Shown here piece by piece: positions 46,862 to 54,338 of a DNA stretch of 54,338 nt. The notes under the pieces are model-generated. The model was given only the letters and a program-made list of their open reading frames with translations. It was not told the DNA's origin and did not search any database. The position numbers were made by a program, and so were the translations under genes. Where the stretch lies: positions 1 through 54,338 of IMG/VR virus record IMGVR_UViG_3300021389_000029; one strand, given 5' to 3'. Every line of letters starts with the position of its first letter. The stretch's first letter is position 1. Origin of the DNA: a virus (taxonomy: Duplodnaviria > Caudoviricetes).

Positions 46862-47783
46862 ATTAGGAGATCGATGTACTGGTCATGGTTGTCACCCGCC
46901 TCGACCGAATAGATCAGCAAGTACAGATGTATTTGTAAATAGTAAGGGAGCACATAGAAAAGGCGATGGATGGCATGTTCATGTATGTCCACCAAAAATA
47001 TATGCGCCGCACGGTTCAATTCTCGCGGCCGGTTCATCGTCAGTTTTTGCAAATGGAAAACCAATCGGAAGAATAAACGATCCAGTTGCGTGTGGTTCTT
47101 ATGTTCGAGATGGAAGTGGAAATGTTTTTGCTGGAGATAGTTCTCCACCTGTGCCACCTTTATCGGATGTTCCGGTAGATATCTCGCAAGAACATGAAGA
47201 TTATATGAAAGAAGGAATAATTACCGCGCCAAAGAATAGTGAAACTTTTGAATATGGTGATGGTGGAATATCTAATGGCGATGGTGGATACTTATCAAAT
47301 AATACAAGTCCTGTAAATAATGTTACTGGACCACAAGATGCTCCAATAGAAGATAATAGTGTTCCATTTGAAAGAGTTGATGATCCAACATTGAATTTCT
47401 TACCACACACAGATTCTAGAATTGAACCAGCACTGAAAAATATTCTTATTGAAGTTGCTAAAGAATGGGGCCGGACACTTGATATAACCAGCGCCTATCG
47501 CAGTCCAGAGTATAACAAAAAGGTTGGTGGGGCTAAAGGAAGTATGCATCAACAGGGTAAGGCTACCGACATTATAATGTCTAGTTATAGCAAAACCGAT
47601 AGGGCAAGATTTATTGATATATGCGTTCAAAAAGGAATAAAGGGTATTGGATTGTATAATACTTTCACTCACATTGATATTGGAGGCAAACGGGCATGGG
47701 GATCAAATGGCAGTAGAACAAGTATTCCAAGATTCCCTTGGGCGATATCTACTTTGAAAAAACATGGTTATGCTACTGGTTGA
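46845..47783 (+). CDS. PAAR spike-tip protein (gp5.4-like) fused to a C-terminal peptidase M15A domain
   Basis: MPAVTRLGDRCTGHGCHPPR....S.DVFVN.KGAHRKGD.W..H.C.....H...LA.GSSSVF.NGK..GRI.DP..CGS.V..GS.NVF.G is a gp5.4-type PAAR. ITSAYRSPEYNKKVGGA.GSMHQQGKATDI...GIGLY.TFTHID is Peptidase_M15_3 with intact SxHxxGxAxD and H ligands. Confidence 0.9.
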   Translation: MPAVTRLGDRCTGHGCHPPRPNRSASTDVFVNSKGAHRKGDGWHVHVCPPKIYAPHGSILAAGSSSVFANGKPIGRINDPVACGSYVRDGSGNVFAGDSSPPVPPLSDVPVDISQEHEDYMKEGIITAPKNSETFEYGDGGISNGDGGYLSNNTSPVNNVTGPQDAPIEDNSVPFERVDDPTLNFLPHTDSRIEPALKNILIEVAKEWGRTLDITSAYRSPEYNKKVGGAKGSMHQQGKATDIIMSSYSKTDRARFIDICVQKGIKGIGLYNTFTHIDIGGKRAWGSNGSRTSIPRFPWAISTLKKHGYATG

Positions 47784-47790
47784 TATTTGT

Positions 47791-47798
47791 TATAAATA
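47791..47798 (+). promoter_or_regulatory. T4-type late promoter (TATAAATA)
   Basis: Exact consensus followed by an AGGAG RBS before the ATG at 47818. Confidence 0.88.
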
Positions 47799-47817
47799 AT
47801 ACATAGGAGATTTTTAA

Positions 47818-48735
47818 ATGGCAGGCGCATTTCCACTCAAGGCTATTGTACAAACTACCGGAGATGTTGTACTTGGAGAGTTTTTAGAATCTGATTTCGT
47901 TGGCATTTTAGACGGCGGAACTGGTGCAGGCGGTAATGGTGGACTCCCTGATACTGCCACCGATTCGGAAAAATTATTAGCAATAAAAGGTCAAGTAAGA
48001 TCAAATTTTGATTTGATAAAATTTGATACATATAATACATTGGCAGAACTACAATCTGAGGTTGCTGATAGTGGTCGTTTAGCTTTGCTTAATTCTAATT
48101 TATATTATTCAACTGGTTCTAGTTGGATAGCTCTTGCAGAAGCATTGACGGTCGATACTAATATTACGGGAAATATAGAATTTGCTGGTAGTATAATTTC
48201 GACATATGATCCAACTACAAACACTACAACTGCAAGTTTAGATCTTACACCATTGCAATCCGAACTTGATACGACACAATCAGCAGCAGGACTAAATGCG
48301 GATGGGACTTATACTGCCGATGGCACCACTAATTATTTGACAACCTCTACATCTTTGAAAGATTCTGATGGACTTCTGGATTCTGCTATATTCTCAGAAA
48401 GAACCAGAGCTATTGGCGTAGAAACAACAATTATTACAGATCAAAACACCATAGAAAATAACTTGCAAAATTTTGAATATTCCGGTCATACAAGCGCCCA
48501 AGTGTCTGCAGCGGGTAAAGTTAGTATTGCTTATGATATAAATACTGGCAAATTCGTACCTGATGATAATTTTGGAACTGGTGGGTTTATAAAATTTACA
48601 AAAACTAATGGTACAAGGGATGATATTCCATTGACAACTACATTTACAGGTAACGAAATGACCAGTGGTGAAGTAGATTTTTTCATGGCAAATGGCACAC
48701 AGGATAATATCGATCTCATTATTAACGGTGTGTAA
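47818..48735 (+). CDS. Short fibre-like / adaptor virion protein
   Basis: N-terminus resembles that of the ORF at 53603. QSELD.TQ...G....GT.....NYL.....L.....LLD module is shared with the ORF at 23965. Duplicated C-terminal F...NGT.D.I.L motif. Confidence 0.6.
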   Translation: MAGAFPLKAIVQTTGDVVLGEFLESDFVGILDGGTGAGGNGGLPDTATDSEKLLAIKGQVRSNFDLIKFDTYNTLAELQSEVADSGRLALLNSNLYYSTGSSWIALAEALTVDTNITGNIEFAGSIISTYDPTTNTTTASLDLTPLQSELDTTQSAAGLNADGTYTADGTTNYLTTSTSLKDSDGLLDSAIFSERTRAIGVETTIITDQNTIENNLQNFEYSGHTSAQVSAAGKVSIAYDINTGKFVPDDNFGTGGFIKFTKTNGTRDDIPLTTTFTGNEMTSGEVDFFMANGTQDNIDLIINGV

Positions 48736-48743
48736 TTTTTTTT

Positions 48744-48751
48744 TATAAATA
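48744..48751 (+). promoter_or_regulatory. T4-type late promoter (TATAAATA)
   Basis: Exact consensus; AGGAG RBS before the ATG at 48796. Confidence 0.88.
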
Positions 48752-48795
48752 ATAAAAACAAACATGCACAGAATTAAAATTATAGGAGCACATAA

Positions 48796-51700
48796 ATGTC
48801 TATTTCAATAAACAGAAATGAAATTGTCCATATGGATGATTATTACAGAGATAGGAAAAGAGAGACCTTCAAACCACTAATCCAACAGATGTCCGAAGAT
48901 ATGTTGGATAATGGATTTAAAGATGTAGGTCCACAAATTACTAAGATTAGTATCAATGATGATAATTTAACACAATTTATCGATGAATTTATTTGTTTTT
49001 ATTACGATTCGAGTGTTGGTCAAGTTGGAAAAGGTGCCAGCGGTATAAATGTTTTTGGCAAGGTCGCGGATTATGATACCGGCACATCTGTGTACACCAA
49101 CCGAAATGAAGTTGGAAATTTAAGTGCTACGACATACTTTCTTGATGGAGAAAAAGGTAGTAGAATTAAAAAAATTGATGATATATACGACAATCCAAAC
49201 TGGAACGAAAATATTGCTAAAAAAATTCCAGCGATTGGATATCCCAATTATACTATTAGGGAAGGGACCCATTCGACGAACTCTAAAGACAATGCTATTA
49301 CAGGAACATCTAATTATCCGGCTGAATTCTTTAAAGCTACTGACGGAACTGCTATTACACACGTTTCTTCGTTGATTCCAAACTATACAAAGGAGGCAGA
49401 TAATCTAAACTGGGGCGATGAGGACGCACTGGAACTTGACACAAGTGTTTTTGGACAAGTATTAGGTCCAAATTCAGAACTTTTTGCATATTTAAATCCA
49501 CATCCAAATATGCGCGGAAGTACACAAGCAATAAGAGATTTTATTGCACCAAACTTTCCATCTAGTCCTTCAAATGGAGATACCCACACAATACATACGA
49601 ATGATGGTCCGGTCATCTATACATATGATGGTAGTATTTGGAATGGTGCAGACGGATCTACACATACCGGAACATCGACTTTAGATTCAAGTGTTCTCAG
49701 CGATGGAGGTAGTGTTAAAGGAATTCCATTTGGTTCTGGATGGAAAGATATAAATGATTTAGTTCCTTCAAGTGGATTTACCTGGCCCACTCAAGCCGGT
49801 GCTTATAAAGAACGTGGCGATCGGACAGATAATTCGCGGCCACTGGATTTAAAGGACGGACATTTTTATAAAAAAACGCCAGGGACCCCCGATATAGCGA
49901 CCGGTTCTGAAGTAATCCTAGTAGGCCTAGCAAGTGCAACAGAATATGCTGAAAAAGGTATTACAGATAGCACTGGATGGGACTTCATCACCACCGGAAC
50001 CCCCGACGCAACTGCGACCCCACCCACCACTTTGCCGCCAACGGCGTCCAGCAGCAAAGCAGGCCAGTCAACTTCTATCCCCGTATACCGAACTTTGCCT
50101 GCTTATCTTAATCAAGCAGGATATGTTGGATTGTCAGAGATTTCGAAAGCGGTATATTTGAACGAATTTAATAAAGTAAAAACTCTTCTTACACACCAAT
50201 CTCGAGGTGTTGTTATGCGGCCAGATTCTGCATCTGGAGTCAATACAAAAGCAACTATTAGAAATTATAGAAAAACTGTAGAAGAAAAAGGCCCAGACAC
50301 ACATGATTTTTGGATTTCAAATTATAAAGACGAAAACTTTTTTCCAGCAGGAACAGTAGAACCTAAAAAATTCGAAGGCGAATTGATGATTGGTTTTGAT
50401 TCGACATATAACAATAATGTGTTTCAAACTGGCGATGTATATACTTTCTCTTTTATCCATACTGCATTTGGCGCTGGAGCACAAACATTTACAATTCCTG
50501 TAGAAGTTGTACAAAGTACTGTAGCCGGATTCAGCAATTCAGTTTTTGAAGCTCTTTCAAAGAATCAATTATTTGATCCTGCATCCGGAGCATATTCTGT
50601 TGTAGATGGTGGCACTCTGTCTCCCAAGAGAAATGGTGTGTTAATTATAGAATCTAACAACATTGGTAGCAATTTGACGTCATCTGTTTCAAGAGTTGCA
50701 AGACCTATGGAGAGTTTTACTAATAATATACAATCATATATTGTAACTGATAACAACACACTATTCAATTCTACAATGACTAATGGCGATGGTGGTACGG
50801 CTTACACCTTAAACACATTTGAAAATGGATATGTACATGAAATTCAATTGCGCGGGTTTAGTGGCGCAAACAACGATGATGAATTTGAGTTCACAATAAA
50901 TAATCTGTTAGATGAACTTCCTAATGGTGGACTGGCAGATGTAAATAATCCAGCACTCAGAAGTGAAACTATTTACTTTAAGACAGGTGTTGCATTAAAC
51001 TCAGGTCAATTAACAGAGGCCATAGCTGCTAAGATTAGACAAAACGCATATATGAATAAGTATATGGAAGTTATATCAAATTCAAATGCTATTACTCTCA
51101 GATATAATAGACTTTCTTCTGGATATATGAAAAAGGGTGATGTTGGAAAAAGTCATGGATTACTTGCTGCAAATAGTGTCGCCCAAGGCGGCACAGGATC
51201 CGTATTGTTTACTGGCAAAACAGTAGGACAGACAAATTCCGAAGAATTTTCTATAAATGGTATCGCAGAAGAGGATGTTCCTGCCGCAGCAAAATTCAAT
51301 ATTGTGGGTAATGCTGTTTCCGGTTCTACTAATATAACTGCAATGCGAGTTGCAGCGGACGGAACATCTGCATCTACAGATACCACATATCTCGCTGCAA
51401 CGCTTCTAGATGAGAATGATTTTACTCCTGCTAAAACTGTAGACACAACCGGAGATCCATTCAACTATCGTGGAGATAATGGCGCAGTCGAAGTGATTCA
51501 AGTGGGGTTAGGAACATCTATTAAAAGAGTTAGATTAGAATTTCCTTTGGCGAGAGATTTAGGTACTTTTGCGATGCCGGTTCATGGGCAATATACAGCT
51601 TATGTTGCTCCAGCAACCAGTAGAAAAACTTCGTATTTTTCATCATATGAACAAATGGTGCTTGCTAAAAAGACGGGCAGACCAGAAGGTCCACAAGTTT

Positions 51701-53514
51701 CTTTCGATTCTATTGTAATTGCACAACACCCAAATACTTCACATGGCGGAGTTCAAAATGGTATAGTAGGTTATGAAGAGTTTGAAACTTATTCTCACGA
51801 TATTGATATTGAAACTTTCGAATATATCACAGATTATTCTATGGGTCCAGTAGTATTAGAAACCGATAGACTTCACAAATTATCGGGTTATCCAACTGGC
51901 AGAGAGGGTGAAATAGAAGGTGATCAACCTTGGAGAATAAGATTGAATATCACCAGAGGACATGAAATCCAAGAAGCTTCTCCTTATATTGCAGATGCAG
52001 TTTTGCAAGTTAATCCTGAGCAAGATTCTTCTAATTCTTTTGAATATTTACAAGTTCATGTAGCTACAGAATTTCAACTTAAAGGTGATGGAACTGTCGC
52101 AAAACCCGAGGGGAAAGATGGTCTCTCCGCTGTCACCACTATGAGAGAACCGGGCCATTTGGGTGGACTCAGACCCCAATATAAAGGGTATTTAGAAACT
52201 GCTGTTCATAAGGTAAATCCTTTTGTTCAAAGATCGAAACTTGACAGCGGAGTTAGAACTGGTTTTAATTTTAGTTCGGGAGTTGTCGGTATCCATCATT
52301 TCAATGATAGTCATGAACTGATGTTGGATCACTCATCAGTATTTACTCAAGAAGTCATTGCGGTGCCAGCATCGGGCAGCGGCGCCACGGCCGTGACCGC
52401 CGTAGCAGGCGTACCGAAGTACTTTTCTGTTGGCGGCGAGGGTGAAGGACAGATTCCATTAAAAGTGGTTGGATCAAGAATTATGACAGATTATGATTCT
52501 GGTATTTTAGTAAATGATGAGTATAGATATGAAGAACATTATTTGAGGGGTACATCTACAGAATTGGTACATGATACACCATATAATAATGGAAATTTAA
52601 GACTGCAAAAAGGATTGTTTAGAAGAACTGGGAAATCAAGATCAGATATTGCTCCAGCATATCCTATGAGTTATTATATGACAATTGTTGATCATGGAAT
52701 TGCATTTTATCTTAGAGATCAAGCTTCAACACAGGCAGATGATAATGCATTTTTTGTTGTACAAAGACATGTTCATTCTTCGGCAGAAGTTGGTAATGGA
52801 ACCACAAGTGCGCCTCAATTTCGTGCTGGTTATCCTGATATGGGAATTGATGGAAGTGATCATCAACCAATTCATTGTGTATATCAATCTTCAGAACCGA
52901 CATTGTTGTATTCTGATTTAGAACCACTCTTTACAGAAAAAGATTTGTCAAGAAGATCTTCTATTGCAAATATGGGACTATACGATCTTGAAGGAAATCA
53001 AACATTTGACTTTATGACATCAAGACTAGAATCAGCTGAGATGTCATCGGTAGATTTGGAAACTCAAAGTAGATTTAGAAGATTTGTTGTTCGAGAAAAA
53101 GATGTTCTAAAACCTTGGGATAGACATGTATTTGCTGGAGTTAATGAAAGAGATTCTACTTCTATTATAAATCCACTTGAACAACTATCTCTCAATGACC
53201 GTGGAAAACTTGTAATTCAATTTCCAAATAGATTGGGATCGCAAAGATTTATGTATACCGGCAGAGAAATTGATTTGATCGGTTTCTGTGCTGCTGGCGC
53301 GGTCGGACAAGATACTTTGATTAGTAGTGATAGGATGAGTACAGCCGGGCAAGGTGGTACGGGATCTGATGGCGATTATAGAAGATTGTATAGAGGGATG
53401 ATGTCAACTGGTGAGTTTGGTTCGGGGATGAGAATTCTTCTTCTAGTAGCAGAAAATGCTGCAGGCGATTCTATTATGCCTACCAATGCCGACATTAGAT
53501 TACTGGACAATTAA
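48796..53514 (+). CDS. Virion structural protein, paralog family member 4
   Basis: SINRNE; QPWRIRL; MREPG.L; YPMSYYMTIVDHG; DQAS..ADDNAFFVVQRHV; RFVVREKDVLKPWDRH; IINPLEQLS; FPNRLGSQRFMY; Y.GM.STG.FGSGMRILLL. About 1000-aa insert near the N-terminus. Confidence 0.72.
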   Translation: MSISINRNEIVHMDDYYRDRKRETFKPLIQQMSEDMLDNGFKDVGPQITKISINDDNLTQFIDEFICFYYDSSVGQVGKGASGINVFGKVADYDTGTSVYTNRNEVGNLSATTYFLDGEKGSRIKKIDDIYDNPNWNENIAKKIPAIGYPNYTIREGTHSTNSKDNAITGTSNYPAEFFKATDGTAITHVSSLIPNYTKEADNLNWGDEDALELDTSVFGQVLGPNSELFAYLNPHPNMRGSTQAIRDFIAPNFPSSPSNGDTHTIHTNDGPVIYTYDGSIWNGADGSTHTGTSTLDSSVLSDGGSVKGIPFGSGWKDINDLVPSSGFTWPTQAGAYKERGDRTDNSRPLDLKDGHFYKKTPGTPDIATGSEVILVGLASATEYAEKGITDSTGWDFITTGTPDATATPPTTLPPTASSSKAGQSTSIPVYRTLPAYLNQAGYVGLSEISKAVYLNEFNKVKTLLTHQSRGVVMRPDSASGVNTKATIRNYRKTVEEKGPDTHDFWISNYKDENFFPAGTVEPKKFEGELMIGFDSTYNNNVFQTGDVYTFSFIHTAFGAGAQTFTIPVEVVQSTVAGFSNSVFEALSKNQLFDPASGAYSVVDGGTLSPKRNGVLIIESNNIGSNLTSSVSRVARPMESFTNNIQSYIVTDNNTLFNSTMTNGDGGTAYTLNTFENGYVHEIQLRGFSGANNDDEFEFTINNLLDELPNGGLADVNNPALRSETIYFKTGVALNSGQLTEAIAAKIRQNAYMNKYMEVISNSNAITLRYNRLSSGYMKKGDVGKSHGLLAANSVAQGGTGSVLFTGKTVGQTNSEEFSINGIAEEDVPAAAKFNIVGNAVSGSTNITAMRVAADGTSASTDTTYLAATLLDENDFTPAKTVDTTGDPFNYRGDNGAVEVIQVGLGTSIKRVRLEFPLARDLGTFAMPVHGQYTAYVAPATSRKTSYFSSYEQMVLAKKTGRPEGPQVSFDSIVIAQHPNTSHGGVQNGIVGYEEFETYSHDIDIETFEYITDYSMGPVVLETDRLHKLSGYPTGREGEIEGDQPWRIRLNITRGHEIQEASPYIADAVLQVNPEQDSSNSFEYLQVHVATEFQLKGDGTVAKPEGKDGLSAVTTMREPGHLGGLRPQYKGYLETAVHKVNPFVQRSKLDSGVRTGFNFSSGVVGIHHFNDSHELMLDHSSVFTQEVIAVPASGSGATAVTAVAGVPKYFSVGGEGEGQIPLKVVGSRIMTDYDSGILVNDEYRYEEHYLRGTSTELVHDTPYNNGNLRLQKGLFRRTGKSRSDIAPAYPMSYYMTIVDHGIAFYLRDQASTQADDNAFFVVQRHVHSSAEVGNGTTSAPQFRAGYPDMGIDGSDHQPIHCVYQSSEPTLLYSDLEPLFTEKDLSRRSSIANMGLYDLEGNQTFDFMTSRLESAEMSSVDLETQSRFRRFVVREKDVLKPWDRHVFAGVNERDSTSIINPLEQLSLNDRGKLVIQFPNRLGSQRFMYTGREIDLIGFCAAGAVGQDTLISSDRMSTAGQGGTGSDGDYRRLYRGMMSTGEFGSGMRILLLVAENAAGDSIMPTNADIRLLDN

Positions 53515-53539
53515 TTTTAGTCAGTTAGTAAATTATGAG

Positions 53540-53577
53540 GGAGTCTGATAAAATCTCAAGGGGTAATATCAGACTCC
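53540..53577. repeat. Intergenic inverted repeat (11-bp perfect arms, 16-nt spacer)
   Basis: GGAGTCTGATA (53540-53550) and TATCAGACTCC (53567-53577); no T tract follows. Confidence 0.85.
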
Positions 53578-53583
53578 TAAATA
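53577..53583 (+). promoter_or_regulatory. Late promoter variant (CTAAATA)
   Basis: TAAATA core 20 nt upstream of the ATG at 53603; GAGG RBS at 53593-53596. Confidence 0.5.
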
Positions 53584-53602
53584 GTATTAAAAGAGGTTTT
53601 TG

Positions 53603-54338
53603 ATGGCTGACGTAACCCCAATTCGAGTCGTAGTTGATGGTTCTGGTGACACAACAGGATTAAGTGAATTCCTGTCCGGCGAAACACTAGGACTCGTACA
53701 CGGTGGTACAGGTGCGACCACAGCCGCGGGCGCGAGAAATAGTCTGGGGTTGCACTCTATTGCTGTAACTGGTAGTTGGACGCAATTATTAAATAAACCT
53801 GATACAGATGGTATACCAGAAGGTACTACAAATCTTTATTATACAGATGCTAGAGTTATATCATATTTAAACACTAATAGTTATGTCACCCAATCATATG
53901 TAGATAATGCAGTTTCTAATATTCTTGATGGCGCTCCTGGCGTATTAGATACTTTAAATGAACTTGCAGCGGCCATCGGCGATGATGCAAATTTCATAAC
54001 TACAATCAACTCAAGTATTTCTGCTGTTCAAAGTAATGTTGATGCATTATTTGGATCAAAATCTACAACTGATTTATCAGAAGGTACAAATCTATATTTT
54101 ACCAATGAAAGAGTTGATGATAGGGTTGCAAATCTGATCACTGATGGCGTTGGTATCACGAAATCGTATGATGACGCCGGAAATCTTTTAAATATCGCAA
54201 TAGATTTCTCCGAGTTTGATACAGATGATATCATTGAAGGAAGTGTAAATACTTTCCTCAATACCAGAACAACAGATGATTTATCTGAAGGTTCGACAAA
54301 TCTATATTTTACCAATGAAAGAGTGGACGATAGAGTAG
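53603..54338 (+). CDS. Tail-fibre-like repeat protein (5' part only; runs off window end)
   Basis: Not in the ORF track because it has no stop. Reads MADVTPIRVVVDGSGD...GGTGATTAAGARNSLGL...LDGAPGVLDTLNELAAAIGDDANF...TTDLSEGTNLYFTNERVDDRV...TDDLSEGSTNLYFTNERVDDRV; these are common phage fibre motifs. Confidence 0.85.
   Translation, partial: MADVTPIRVVVDGSGDTTGLSEFLSGETLGLVHGGTGATTAAGARNSLGLHSIAVTGSWTQLLNKPDTDGIPEGTTNLYYTDARVISYLNTNSYVTQSYVDNAVSNILDGAPGVLDTLNELAAAIGDDANFITTINSSISAVQSNVDALFGSKSTTDLSEGTNLYFTNERVDDRVANLITDGVGITKSYDDAGNLLNIAIDFSEFDTDDIIEGSVNTFLNTRTTDDLSEGSTNLYFTNERVDDRV
54086..54324 (+). repeat. 29-bp identical direct repeat, 210 bp apart (TNLYFTNERV fibre repeat)
   Basis: acaaatctatattttaccaatgaaagagt at 54086-54114 and 54296-54324. 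Confidence 0.85.

Noticed and set aside
28156-53514. Diversity-generating retroelement acting on the paralogs
   Set aside because: No reverse transcriptase and no template/variable repeat pair differing only at adenines is visible in this window. It remains possible only if encoded elsewhere.
133-53514. Stop-codon recoding (alternative genetic code)
   Set aside because: Genes are full length and densely packed under the standard code, ending in TAA or TGA.
54028-54315. 95-aa minus-strand ORF at the window end
   Set aside because: Antisense to the open + strand fibre gene starting at 53603.

Overview
AT-rich (roughly one-third GC by eye), almost entirely + strand late-gene region of a large T4-like myophage with an environmental, marine cyanophage/pelagiphage-like architecture. 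The host cannot be determined from this window. From left to right it holds: the 5' end of a divergent gp4 head-completion gene; a baseplate/hub cluster (gp48, gp53, gp27-like hub, gp5, gp25, gp6, gp7, gp8); a VrlC/DUF4815-type giant virion protein with its small companion; and a fibre plus adhesin pair. A ~26 kb accessory structural block follows, containing four large paralogous proteins (split conserved core, different inserted domains, each with its own TATAAATA late promoter), a very acidic 14-aa-periodic repeat protein, an unknown 1015-aa protein, a PAAR-peptidase M15 fusion and two fibre-like proteins. The most notable observations are (1) the four-paralog scaffold family, with a 48-bp identical patch shared by two copies and short high-GC3 micro-patches in its variable parts, and (2) a re-armed tail spike: gp5 carries an M15 peptidase plus a lysozyme-like domain nested inside a split carbohydrate-binding-like motif, and the PAAR tip is fused to a second M15 peptidase. 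All assignments come from motif recognition by eye; no database searches were run. No tRNA, rRNA, CRISPR array, integrase, intein or reverse transcriptase was seen.
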